Shown in pieces: positions 14,131 to 27,200 of a DNA stretch of 46,489 bases. Origin of the DNA: Convolutriloba macropyga (taxonomy: Eukaryota); contig NC_134472.1 in the NCBI RefSeq assembly GCF_964194025.1, positions 70,866,001 through 70,912,489 of the forward strand, given 5' to 3'. How positions within the stretch are numbered: position 1 is the first letter of the stretch; each line of letters opens with the position of its first letter. Position numbers and translations under genes: made by a program. The notes below the pieces were generated by a model, which was not told where the DNA came from, searched no databases, and saw only the letters and a list, made by a program, of their open reading frames with translations.

Positions 14131-15620
14131 TGACTATGAAAACAACAACAAATACAGGCAAAAACCAAAAATTCAGTAGAGAAGTACGAAAAGAAAGTGT
14201 CGAAACCATTTAAACCATTAATTTTTTTAAAAAAACTTAAGCTTTGATCCATTTAACGTTTTATCTAAGCCAATGGGAACTAACAATATTAGGATAATGT
14301 GCAGAGATTTCAGAAGAGCCAAAAACATATCCAAAATTTTTCCAACTATCCAAAAAATTTAAGAAAACTCGTGCATTCAACTCATCAAACCAATAGTTTG
14401 AAGATAAAGTCGCAAAATAGAAATTTGTGTTGAAGTAGAAAAAAGTTCCGTTTATTACTGAGACGTTCGTACAGTTCACGACGATAAATTTAAGATTGGT
14501 TAATCTTCAAAAATTTTTTTCGAAAAATTAATTTTGAAGTTTTTAAAGTCAATAAATTAAATAGCTTATAACAGAAGTCAATAGATATGCTCAGTTATGA
14601 CTTGATAGAAGGATAAGGACGTTTGTCATGCATGGGTTATCGTTAAGATATCACAATAAAACTTATGACCATGAAAACAAAAACAAAAACAGAAAACAAA
14701 AATTCATTGGAAAAGTGCGAGAAGAAAGTGTCGATTTAAAACATAACCCTTATCTGAAAATTTTGTCTAAGCTCAATTGAACGCCTTCTCACAACCAATG
14801 GGAGCTATCAAAAATAGGATAATGTGCTAAGATTTCAACAGGAACCAAAAATACAAAAATATCCAAAAATTTAAATTCTTTTTTGAACTCATGTTGCATG
14901 GAAGTCATAAAACTAAGAGCTATAAAAGAAAACGTAACCAGAACAATTTTGGTTGCAGTAGAAAAAAGTGTGGGGCTCTAATCATTACTGCGAATCTCTT
15001 ACGGTTCACAGTTTACTTGTTTCTAAGGACTTAACAGACATTAAGTTCAATAGCTTTCAACAGAAGTCAATATTTACGCTCAGTCATGACACGATTGTAG
15101 AACGAAGATGTTTTTCATGCATACGGTATCAATGAGATATCACAATAAGTCTTATGACTATGAAAACAACAACAAATACATGCAAAAACCAAAAATTCAG
15201 TAGAAAAATGCGTGAAGAAAGTGCCAAAGCCATTTAAACCATAAGCTTTTCTCTGAAAACTTTATCAGTGATCAACTGAACTCATTTTCTAAGCTATTGG
15301 GAGCTATCAATATTTGGATAATGTGGTATGAGTTCAAAAGTAACCAATAATACAAAAATAACCACAAGAATTTTTTTAAAAAATTGAGATCTTGAGTCAT
15401 TGAAGTCATATATCCCAAAAATAAGGAGATAAAACCGCTCAACAGAAGAAATTTGGTTGCAGTAGGAAGGCGGAGGGTCCTGTCATTACTGAGACTGACT
15501 TACGGTTCACGAAAATAAGTTTGTGGTTGGTTATTTTTCCAAAGTTTTTTTCGAAAAATTATTCTTAAAGTCTTAACAGCCAATAGCTGTCCACTCAAAG
15601 CACTAGATATGTTCACTTAA
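14131..15620. repeat. Diverged tandem triplication, ~490-535 bp unit
   Basis: TGAC(T/C)ATGAAAACAA starts at 14131, 14666 and 15155; each unit carries AGAAAGTG, GGATAATGTG and GTTCAC blocks in the same order. Confidence 0.85.
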
Positions 15621-16404
15621 TGCTCATTATGGAACATATGGCACCTTTAGTCAATGATTTCTTTCCATAGGACTTCAAAAAATAGTTAATCCTCAAAAAG
15701 AAAATCAAATTTTCATTTAAAATTACGAAAACTCAGTGTCGAAGCCAAAAAAACATGAGCAGTTCCTTGAAACCAAATTTTTTTCTTCATTGGGCTTCAT
15801 TTGACTGTAAATAAAGTTTGTCTTTAACGTAACCTAGATATGAAAAGTGACTAGTCTCTAGGTGACTTTAAAAAAATGATAAGTTTTCTAAAAAAGAGCT
15901 GTCAAACAGAATTCGATTTTGTTTGATAGTGAACTTCCCTATGAGACAAGAACTAGTCTTTTTTATCGCCTTCAGTCTATTAGGAACACACAATTGGTTC
16001 AGTTTGTGGCATGAAATGTTAATTTGAAATATAATTTTTTTAGACAGTATCTTAATTTGAAGAAAAATTACACTAGAAATGAACAAGATCATGCCAAATA
16101 TCCCGTGTTCACACAAAACTTCAATTGTCGATAACTCCTCGAAAAAAAAAACGAAATTCAAAAAAATCTTTTTAGTTTTGAATTCTACGCTGGAACAGCT
16201 TTTCAATGATACCACTCACATTTCTCTACGATGAATATATCGATCGGCCAAAATTGAGTGAACAAAAAAAAACCATTTGAGTATATAGTTCCAAATAGAA
16301 CCTAATACAAACGGAGTGTGAACCGTCGGTCCGTGCCCAAAACTTGTATGAAAAGACAATATTTTTGAGATATCTATAAATGGAATGAGGTAATGTTTTT
16401 ACAG

Positions 16405-16523
16405 GAGATTGTTCACGAGAAGCATGAACATGAACAGGCTGGGTCCGAGGGAGACCAGAGCTACCATGAGCAGATCTGCCAGTCTACCTCCGGGAGGTTA
16501 CTCAATCCCCAGCGGAAACCCAG
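16405..16523 (+). CDS. Exon of an unidentified host gene (RLFTRSMNMNRLGPRETRATMSRSASLPPG[GYSIPSGNP])
   Basis: TTTTTACAG acceptor, GC-rich island, open frame. It ends in phase 1 either at 16496 (G|GTTACT) or at 16523 (CAG|GCAACT); both match the exon at 34110. Confidence 0.6.
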
Positions 16524-17737
16524 GCAACTGTTTCCTATACTATTTTATATAAGTATCCCAGGCTGAATTCTAGTTCAATCCCATGAATGAAAATATCTAT
16601 CCAGAGCACTTTTTCTCATAAAACAAGCAAACAGCAGACCAAAATCAGCTATGATCTAGACTTCGCATCTATCCACATTTTGTTGTGGTGTTTATTTGGT
16701 CCATCGAAAAACTGTATGAAAGTAATATCACAGACATTATAAACTATATCTGATTATGAATTTGGCGCCTTTCTAGTTATTATAGAGCCATATAGCTGCA
16801 ATCAGAGATATCTTTATCAAAATAATGAGCCGCAGATTGCAGTTTTTATTTATGACAGCTATTTTTGACTACTTGGGCTGCGTGAATAAATTAAGAGATT
16901 TTAAATCATACGGGGCCGCTACAAGAAGACAAGGTTTTATTTAGGTCATATAAATGCTGAACCGCTGATGCTTTTGGTAGAAATATTAATTTCGAAACGC
17001 ACTTTCACCAATTGAAATTACGTTCTAAGAAATATGGAATAAAATTTTATTAAATTTATATATCAACTGTTCAATAAAAAACTTGAATGGAATGCATTTA
17101 AATAGAAACGCCTGGCGCTCAGTGTATTAGATATTGAACAAGTTTCATTCACTTTGGAAAATTTTGCTGCTTTTGTTGCTCTAAAAAACACTTGAATTCC
17201 GAGGGTACATAAATAGTAGCTTTAAGTATCGACTCGGAAATGTATTTTACGTATTACTTGACATCAGTTTCTTACAAAATAATTCTTTTGAATTTATCAT
17301 GTCAAGCAAAAAACACGTCATCTAACATAATGAAGGAGTAAAGAAGTAAGCCCAGCAAATCCAACGATCTTGAACTTAAAATCAAACAAGGGCGAATTAG
17401 TACCTAATGAATAATATTCTGGATTTGCTTTAATTTTTTCCAATTGAAAATTGACTAGAGAGATTTGAAATTTTTCTCATTTGCGTTTCGGTTTATGAAA
17501 TGCGTGAGGTCATTCCACCTTTTTTATTGCAGAACGAACAAACCAATGTCGCAACTTATTTTTTTAAAGCTATCGTTTCGGAAAAGTCTATTTTGTTCTA
17601 TTGGATTCTAAAATTTTCCATGTAGGGAGTGGTTTACCGAGTGTATTATCAAAAGAGGGTAGAAGTTTTTGTTCAATTTTCCAGAGAAAAGAATTTTTTT
17701 CTAAAAACAAACTAATCGCGAAAACACTGTACTCGAT

Positions 17738-18450
17738 TTATTCTAGAATTTCATCAGTTTGCAGAATTAACGTATCACCTGCATATTGCCAGAGTTGTGT
17801 ACTGCTATCAGCGTAAGTATACATATCAATTATATAAATATTGAAAATGAGTGGACAGAGCACCGTACCTCGAGGAACTCCCCTGTCAATTCTAAGTTCA
17901 TCATATGCAATATTCTTTAAATCTACCGCTTGCATTCGCTCGAATAAAAAAGTTTTAATTAATTGCATTGCAGAGGTCTCAAAACCTAGTCTAAGCGGTT
18001 GTTTTGAGTATTGAATGGTTTATTGAATCAACAGCCTTAGAGATCTATCAATACTGCTGAAAAAATGTGTTGATCTGTTTCTTTCCTAATTAATTCAGTA
18101 ATATACCTTATGGCGTCTATGGTAGATCGTTTCTTTCCAAAACTGTATTGATTTTTACTGAAAAGTTTGTTTTTGTTCAGGTAACCATTGATTTGTTCCC
18201 GCAAAAAAATTTCTATGATTTTGGAGAGGAACGATGTGATTGACATCGGACGGTAATTGTTTGGTTCTTAAGGATCATCAATTCTAAAAAGTGGTATTAT
18301 ATGCACTTTTTCAAGTTTTTTTTGGGAATAGGAAAACCGGATGCAGTTGTTTATCAAACGTTGGATATGTGGCACAACGCTAGGACAAGAGTCCTTAATG
18401 GCCCATGAAGGAATTGATGACGGTACCAGTGGCTTGTTTCTTCCCAAAAT
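17738..18450 (-). pseudogene. LINE reverse transcriptase fragment, copy A
   Basis: NYRPMSITSFLSKIIE, QYSFGKKRST, LIDL, RGVPRGTVLCPLIFNIYIID (GVPQG motif), QYAGDT (YADD motif). Confidence 0.9.
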
Positions 18451-18479
18451 GTAATTCAGTGAATCGTTTTAATACCTTG

Positions 18480-19445
18480 AACCATCTTCCCAAGTAAAAA
18501 TTTAACCTCAGTTTGAAGTCTCAATTGATTTTCAATTCGTACACCTAAGTATTTTACCTCGGCTTTTTCAATAATATGAGAGTTGTTAACTATCAAAGTT
18601 TCATTCTGATGTTTTCAGACATTTTTGCTATATTCAGTGAACTCATTTTTTTAGTTTGTTTTTATTTCAATTTCTTTGCAATATTTGACAAGATTATTGG
18701 CGCTGGTAGCTAGTTTTGATCTACTTTCTTCTAGATTTTAATCAGACGTCAAAAATAACGTATCATCTGCATATTGTCTGAGTTGTGTATTGTTATCTTT
18801 GAAAATATAAATATCATAGATATAAAATTTTAAAATGAGTGGACCCCGCACCGTACCCTGAGACACTCCCCTATCAATTCTCAGTTCATCAGATGTAATG
18901 TTCCGTAACACTACCGCTCAGATTCGCTCGAATAAATAATTTTTGGTTAGCTGGATTTATGCGGTCTCCAAACCTAGTCTAACCAGTTCAGTTATGAGTT
19001 TTGTCCGGTTTACTGAATTGAAAGCCTTTGAGAGACCTATCAACACTGCTGAAACAAAGTTGTTTTCATTTGTTTTTTCCCTAATGATTTCAGTAATTTT
19101 CATTATTGCGTCTATGGTGAATCGTTTCTTTCAAAATGTATTTTGATTTTAACTGAAAAATTATTTTTGTTCAGGTAATTCTTGATTTGATCTCGCTAAA
19201 CAATTTCTATAACTTTAGCGAGGCACGGTGTGCTTGACATCGGACGGTATTTGTTAGGTTCTTCAGGGTCACCAGTGTTAAAAATTGGGATTATATGCGC
19301 TTTTTGAAGTTGTTTTGCAAAATTGCAACACCTGATGCAAATGTTTATCAAACGTTGATCATATGGCACAACGACACGACAGAAGAACCTAATGGCCCAT
19401 GAAGGAAATGATGACGTTTCCAGTGGCTCGTTTTACCCAAATATT
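18480..19445 (-). pseudogene. LINE reverse transcriptase, copy B
   Basis: KAHIIPIF, KYRPMS, LIGLSKAFNSV, RGVSQGTVRGP, QYADDT, VKYLGV; contains in-frame stops. Confidence 0.9.
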
Positions 19446-20119
19446 TAATTTGCATCTTTGTGATCTTTAAGACAAATGAACCGAAAATTAAATTATTATG
19501 GGTTATTATTGAAAATTGAGGGAATTTTGTATTTTGACAAGTGTATTTGCCAAGATCGAAAAATCTGTAATTAAGCAGATTTGCAATTTTCCTGGGTTCG
19601 GGAACAAACTCATTGAAAACGTTTCTTATACATTATATGTTTGGCTTTACTTTGTTGGAATTATGAATTTCAATAACAAACAAATAATTTTTTCTGTTCT
19701 GTCGTTTTTAGCAGCACCAATAAGGTTTTTATGAAATCTCCTAAAATTATTATTGTACAACTGACTTTTCAAGTTCTTGAGTTTAAAAATTGTTCCTAAG
19801 TTTTATCATTTAAATATATGTTTTTTTGTTCTCTTCTGCTTAGTCTGCTTCAATTCTCATTTCTTATATAGCGAAAGGGCTTTCTGGTTATTAAGAATGA
19901 AACTTCTTGAAGGGAGTATGAAGTTGAAGAGCTATTACAAATGTGTGCGTAAAAACTATCCAATAAAAGATTCGGATGGGAAATTTGATAGAAGCCGCGC
20001 CAATCTGTTGACTCAAGGTTTTTCAAAAATCTGCAATGTTATAACTGTATTCGTTGTAGAACAAATTGATAAATGGTTTTTTTTCTGGTGTTCAAATTAA
20101 AATTCAAAAAAACTTAATT

Positions 20120-20900
20120 TCTAGAAATGGTCACACATATTGGGAATATCACAAACAAACATTTTCTCTGAAACAGAAATTTAAGCAATTGCATAATCTA
20201 TCAAACTGTGACCATACGAGGACTAGTTGATGCAGGTTGGTACTTTTATGTTTGAAGGTTTAGATCATACTGAATTAAGATTGTTTCTAAGTTTTCTTTT
20301 TCATTATCTTTTAGATAATTTTTTTATTATAACCAATCAGAACGAGTTTTTCGTTCTCGGTTATTACCTTATCAATTTTAATAGCTAATTGTTCGAGAAT
20401 AGGAAAATTCAATTGTTTGTTGGGTGAGTAGGTTATATTTAAAATTAGTTTTTGTTTCTGATGTTTTCTCAAGCTTTTCCATAAGCTTTCAAAATCTAAT
20501 GAAAACAAATTAAAATCGTACCTTTTTTCGGTAATAACTTTTTTATCAAATCTCCTCCTCCTTTTCTCACCTTTTTTTTTCACTGTCATTTTTCTATCGT
20601 ATCTAAAGCAGCAGAAGGTTTCCTTTTCGGGATTGAAAAAGTTCCGTTGTCAGAGTCTGTCAAACGAGTTTCTGTGAAACATTATTAATACAGTTTTCTC
20701 TAATATTGTTTATCAAAGGTTTCAATTGTATTCTTTTGTTTACAAGGCTTTGGCTGTTTAATTGGAAAACTTTAAACCATCTTTTGAAAATCCAAAAAGT
20801 TTAATCATTGATGAATTCGTTTTAATTGGTCCCAGATTGCTTTCAATAGCGCCATAAGATGAAATTGTCACTATTATGAAATATAGACTGCATAAAATGA
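20120..20900 (-). pseudogene. LINE APE-type endonuclease remnant
   Basis: FTET, a GGG-like block, TYSPN, LVLIGYN (GDFN), VPT...SLIDY and CDHF (SDH) motifs in the correct order. Confidence 0.75.
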
Positions 20901-21217
20901 TTATAAGTAGGAATACAGGATTATTGACGCTGGGAAATTTAAGACCACTAGCGGTATAATGTAAGTATTAAGTAAGAATTTTTGTTTGCTAGACTTGGCA
21001 ATTATATTTACTATTTCTTATCATTATGTTTGGAAATGAACAACTCGAAACATTTACATTGCATATAATACTACTTACATTTAGAAATAATCATAAAACT
21101 TTGAGCAGCACTAGTAAATCGAAAATTCGATTGATCAGGTTGCTGATGGTGGTTATTGCCAAAACTATTTTGAGGTCTGCGATTACGAGTTTTTAAGGCC
21201 TGGTTTATGAAATGAAT

Positions 21218-22400
21218 TTAGTTACAACAGGAAGAAGCTGGGACGGGATTGAAGCAACGGCCAGTTTGTTGGCGTACTTTTGGGTGTTTTGTGATGAGAT
21301 TGTTGTTTTGATAAAGACCTTGTGGACAAATACTGTAACTGGATGTTATTAATAGATGAGATAATGGAAGGTTTTTTAAAAGAGGAACGGAATGTTGAAA
21401 ATTGAGATGCGCCCTATTAAAGAACAAATGTTTTTAGCTCACATCTGAACTCTACCCTTCAGAAACTTTAGTGGCAGTGGCTTTAATGTTCGCATTGAGA
21501 CAAGATAATGCGCAATGGCTGATCAAAATAGAATGCATGAAAAAGTTTAGTGGTTTAATAAATTTTACTGTCTTTGTCTTTGTTTTGCTCCATGTCTTTC
21601 AAGAGTGGAATTTCACAGATCGCATATACTTCAAGTTCGAACTGTTCAAGGAATAGACTGACCAGTTTTTGAGCTCCTCAAAACTTTCCACGGCAGATTT
21701 CCATGATTCAAGATGTTGTTAGTGCCGTGTTGAATCATTTTCCCCGTATTGCCTGATAATCTCGATTTATTCATTGTCGTAGAACCAATGTATGCATGTA
21801 TAGCGTAATCTTTTGAAATTGATCCATCCATTTCAGCTTTCCGATTATAGTGCTGCCAATTACAAGATTCTGGTATTCGTTGGTCAAAGCTTTTTTGGAG
21901 AGTCTCTTACCGGTTCGTAGACATCAGTTTGAGTGGCCATATCGGAAAGTTGTCTGGTTTGCCTAGCCTGGTTCATACCCTCCTGTTGGTTGCCATTGAA
22001 CAGACCATCTTCCATTAGGGATATAAATTTGCTAACCGTGCTTTCAATAATATTTTCTTCTTCAATTGTTTTTCGGAAGCATAGCATAAATCTGGTAGGT
22101 GTCAGGTTCGCTCAGGTCAATATATTCTTTTTAATTAAGCTTTTTTTCATCTTTTATGATAGAGTACTGCTAACAATAAGCTACAGTTAGTACAAATTGC
22201 TTAGAGAACCAAGTATTCCATATAATTTTTCAGGTCAAAGAGTATTGACGTAAGCAGTGTTATTTTGCTGTGTTAAAAAAAGAGAGGTCAACTGATTTGT
22301 TTGAATTTATCAGCTTTGTCTGATTGAACTAAGAGTTTCTTGTAACAAACATAACAAAGAAGTTTTGCATCCGCTCTGCTTCAGACAGGAAGTTTTGTAT
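21218..22400 (-). pseudogene. LINE ORF1 remnant with CxxC and an SGNH/GDSL esterase-like domain
   Basis: LCYVCY, then LVIGSTII (block I), HAYIGST (II), QHGTNNI (III) and LFFNRAHLN (V), spread across frameshifts. Confidence 0.65.
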
Positions 22401-24975
22401 CCTATCAAATATCCAGATAGTTTTTATGCTGGATGAGATTGAAAACGTTTAAGTGGTTAAAAAAACACAAAAAGTAGTTATTATTTAATAAATCAGAGAG
22501 TCAATTTGAAAAAAAATATCTAAATTCTTAATGACCGTTTGAACTATGTTCGTCCTTGGTTTTCTCAAACAAGAAAAATGCCCAAAGCGCATGGATTCTT
22601 AAATGGGAAGAAGTTTTAGGTAACACTTGATTATTTAAAACTTTTGAAAATTTTTCCAAACGTATGAGTTTATGAGCCCGCAAATTAACGCAATAAACAC
22701 TATGTCATAACAGAGATATTGATGTTAACTAATTTCTCCTTTGAAAATCAAACTTCGATATTCATTTCAAAACAAACAATTTTTGTTTCCATATGCAAAA
22801 CGGTTTTAAAAAAAAGAGCACATGTCGAAAATTTTTTTACTCTAAGAAGAATTTAGCCAGGAAATCTGTTCAAATTTAGCTACGATCGATTCTAATTACC
22901 ACGAAGGGGCTGAACAAAGGAAAAGAGAATAAAATGAAACTGATTCTTCTAGAGTAACCAAAAATTAGGTGTAATTTCAGTTATTTTTTTCGGACAGGGA
23001 GTTTCTAACCTATCAAAAACCCATATTGTTTTTATGAGGGGTATTAAGTAAGACGTATGGGTGAAGAAAAAACCAGGAAAATGGTTACTATTCGATAAAC
23101 TAGATGGTCGATTTGAGAAAATTTATCTACATTCACTGTTTGAAACGTCGTTTGTAGGTTTTCTCAACAAACACATACATTGCATTTCTCTTCATACAAT
23201 GCCCAAAACGGGTGAATTCCAAACATAGTGAACAATTTTATGGAATCTAAGAATGAAAAAAATTCAAAATGAACAAAATAATTTTTTGGGGCAGTAAATT
23301 ATAAGTTAAAGGAACCGTTTTTCAAAAACAGAATTGTTAGTGTTATCCTATTTCTGCTTTCATTGTCAAAACTTGATGACATTTATTTCACAGTCTTTTA
23401 CAATAATTATTTTGTCGTTTTGTTTCCTTGTATAAAACGGTTTCAAAAAACGGAGTTAATATCGACGAAAAAATTGTTTTAAGTCTAAAGAGAAACAAGC
23501 CAGGAGAGCTGCTCAAGATCATCTGCAATTAAACCTCACAACACCAATGGGACCGAAGGATTATAAAGAGGACAGGACTAAACAAATAGACAGATATTCT
23601 TCTAGAATTATCCAAAATAGGTGTTATTTCAATTATATATTTTTTAAAATTAGACACACTTTTGCTTCTATTTGAAAAGATAAACGAACTATTGCTAAAA
23701 GATACTGTCATTAGACCTAGTAAACATGACTAACTAAAACAACGTTTAAGTAACAACCCCCTGAAAAACCTCAGTGGTCTATTTTGTTGCCCTTTTTGAA
23801 GACTGATTGGGCTCATTTCGGATTTTTAAAACCAAGAACTGCTTTTTATTGCGACAAAGTAAGTTAAACAAAGAGTGAAACAATTGGGCTTCTGAAGCGA
23901 CTAGTTTTAAAACAACCACTAAACTTCTAAAAGGCAACAAAGAAGCAAAAATGGCAAAAACGGAATTTCAATTTATTTTAGCTAAAATGACTGATTACAA
24001 CTTTTGTTGCTGACACTAATTAAGTGAAAGAACCATAAAAACAGCGGACACAGTCAATTATCAAAAGCTGTTAAAGTTTTACAGAGAACGATCAATGTCA
24101 AAATTCGCCTTAGAAATTGCCAACTCTAAACTGAATCAGTAAAGCATTTGATTTTAACGTGATCAGATAGCTTTATGAAACGAGTTTGCTGTACAAAAGG
24201 CTGAGCGAGAATGAAGTAAAACAACAAAAACAAAAAAATTGCAATTTGTTAAGATCAAGTAAGTTGAAAGTGAGAAAACGCATTGAATATAAATATAACT
24301 CAAGTCCTGAAGAACCCAAATAATTCAAAGTTATACTAAAAGTTTTTGGAAACTGCCAGTCATAAACAAGGTCTTAGTAATCAACAGTAGTCATCATCAA
24401 CAGTCATAATTAAGGTTAGTCAACATCAAACTAATAACAAAATCTTTAGGCCACGACTTACATTGGCTGTCAACTGAAACACTTAAGGACATTCATTTAT
24501 ATTTTAGATAACATTGGATTCATTTATGGAATTAGATAACTTCGTACTTGGTGAACCCGAGGCAAAAAAAGAATCAATAACAACAAAAAATTACGGGGAA
24601 AGGGCATAAGTTGTTAATTGTTGTTTGAGAGGAAATATAATCAAATTTAAATTGGTAGATAATAATTATTTTCTTTTTTAGCGTTCTCGACAAACATAAT
24701 CAGCCAGCGTCAAAGTGTCAGTTCCATGAAAAACTGGCATTCTTCTTTTTTCAACAATTTAAATTAAAGAAATTTGTCTACTTTTGAGAAATTTGTTTCT
24801 CAAAAACAAACTTAAAAGGGGAGCCATAGTTTAGCCCACAGTTACTAGTGTTTTAGAACAAGAGATTTTTTTAGGTCTGCCGCAACAATTTAAGATTACA
24901 GAATGGTGCTAATTTCATAGGAAGACTGTTGAGCTGTACCTATCAGAAAAAAGCAGATTTTTTCCAATTGTTTTC

Positions 24976-25970
24976 TGTTGCGGCTGCTCAATAATCTCAG
25001 CGGAACCGATATATCACAGCCTGGTTCTTGAGTTTTACGCCGGCCTGGTTCTTCACAGGGTTCGATTGACTAACAAAATCGCAGAAATAATTAGTCGCTC
25101 GTACGTATTAAAGGACTGTAACTTTTATTTTGTTGATTGAAGTTAAGAAAATCCTTAGTGATAATCTATGTTCAATCTCGCCCTAAAGTTTGTAAGGCTT
25201 CAACCAGTGTTAGTAATTTTGCTAATTTCTCGTTAATTAAGCTCAATTAACTTAAAACTGGCAAAATCTTAAGATCTAGCAAAACTTATCAACAAAGACT
25301 AAAGTTGTTAAAGAATCAAATTTTAGTCAATTTGAGAGCCAACTGCTCTGTATAACAGTTTCTAGTTTCTAATGGCTTTAAATACAATTCGGTTTTACTA
25401 ATCAAACAATTCGGTAATATTAAATAAGGAAATATTTATCATTTATAACATCATTGTTACTTGTTTCTGATTGGTTAATCAAGAAAATGATTTAGGTCAT
25501 TGTTTACATAGTAAATGTCAAATTACTGCATTATCTACTTTTGTTGACATAAGCACTGATGGTTGTTACGTAACTCTAAATGCCTCAAATATACGATATT
25601 TGACCTTTAAAGATCACCTAAAGTATCATAAAATAAACAACTTAAGAAATTTAACAATAAATGACAAAATATTGAAAAATGCCAATTTTGCACTATATAA
25701 GTGCTAATAGCCACACTTGTGGGTCTAATGCTATAACGTTCGTTGGCTCCGTGAGTAGCTTAGAGGTAGCAAAAACCGTGTGCCATGACTTCGTGTTTCT
25801 CAGGTTTTCCTTCCAAAAATCGGGGGAGTGTACAAAATTTCGGTCGCAACTTGTAAAAATTTTCAGTTTTCACCATTTTTGAGTTTTAATTAATTCTAAG
25901 TTTTTTCAGTTTCAAAGGTTAATTCTTGCTGTCTGATGACTTTTGTAGCTGATTTGAAGTGGCGCTAACA
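24976..25970 (-). repeat. BEL/Pao 3' LTR (995 bp)
   Basis: TGTTG...TAACA termini; direct repeat of 31976-32968 with 9 mismatches in the first 100 nt. Confidence 0.95.
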
Positions 25971-25984
25971 TCGCCAGCCCTGTT

Positions 25985-27200
25985 TTAGATCTCGGAAACA
26001 CCATCGTAAGATACTGGCTCTAACTTTACGACTGGCCGGTTCAGTTCTCCAAGTGCCATTTTAACTCTCGCTGATCTCAGAACACCGTCGTTTTCAGTGA
26101 AGATCTCAATGATTTGTCCAAGTTTGTACTCAAATCGTTTCACAGAGTCATCTACTAGCCACACTAACTCACCTTCTTTCAGGTTTCGCACATGTTCTTT
26201 TGACCACTTCGGTCTTTGGTTCCTTTGTGGAAGGTATTCGCGAGTCCATCTTTTCCAGATCATGTCGGCACATGCTTCAGCCGCTTTGAAAGATTTTCTC
26301 AGGTTCACTGGATGGCATGAATGGTGCACTCGCCTTCTCTCGTCCTAGCAAGAACTGATTTGGCGTGAGTGCTGTCAAATCTTCAGGGTCGTCACTTACT
26401 GCTGTCAGCGGTCTTGCGTTGAGTGTTTGTTCCACAAGACACATTGTGGTGCTGAGTGTCTCGTCGGTGAGGCTTCGGTTGTCCAAGATTGCAATCATGA
26501 CCTTCTTGCATTTTTGAACAAGTCTTTCCCTGATTCCACCAAAGTGAGGAGCTCCGGGAGGATTGAATTTCCAAACAATCTTTTTCTGTGCTAAGTCACT
26601 TTCTATCTTAGCTTTGTACCACTCGTTCATGAATGCCTTCAGCAAGTTGGTTGCTCCAACAAAATTTGTTCCGTGGTCGCCGATGGTGGTACTTGGTTAG
26701 CCACGTACTGCAATAAATCTTGTCAGAGCAGCTAGGCATGACTCGGTGTCCAATGATTGTGCGACTTCGATGTGTACTGCTGTCGTTGTCAGGCAAGTAA
26801 AGAGGTAGCACCACTTTTTCAAGTTACGTCGCAGGAACTTCACTTTAAGGGTTTCGATGTAGTCAACACCGGTATGAGTGAATGGGAACACATGTTCATC
26901 AAGTCGTTCTCGAGGTAGATCCACCATCGGAGGGTGAATCGAGTTGGCGTTTTTGTGTCTGCATTTGATACATCTCGACTTGATTTTCCTTAATGCATTT
27001 CTTATTCTGATGATCCAGTGCTTTTGTTAAAGCATATTTCTCACATATTCTGTGCCATCATGTAGGTTGTCACGATGTGCTTTCTCTAACAGAATTTGTA
27101 CGACTGGATGTTTCGCGGTTAACAATATTGGGTTGTTTTGCATTGTAATCAAGGTTTGAATGCTTCAGTCGGCCTTTCACTCTAATTGTTCCACCTTACT
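25985..27200 (-). pseudogene. BEL/Pao integrase (frameshifted)
   Basis: HHCC remnant (RCIKC), DLPRERL, PFTHTGVDY, FTCLTTTAVHIE, FNPPGAPHFGG, LNARPLT, WKRWTREYLP, RPVVKL. Confidence 0.92.

Larger units (their letters stand above)
17100..22420 (-). mobile_element. Decayed non-LTR retrotransposon (LINE, CR1/L2 group); ends approximate
   Basis: ORF1-like, APE-like and RT-like remnants lie in the expected order on the - strand; many stops and frameshifts. Confidence 0.85.
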
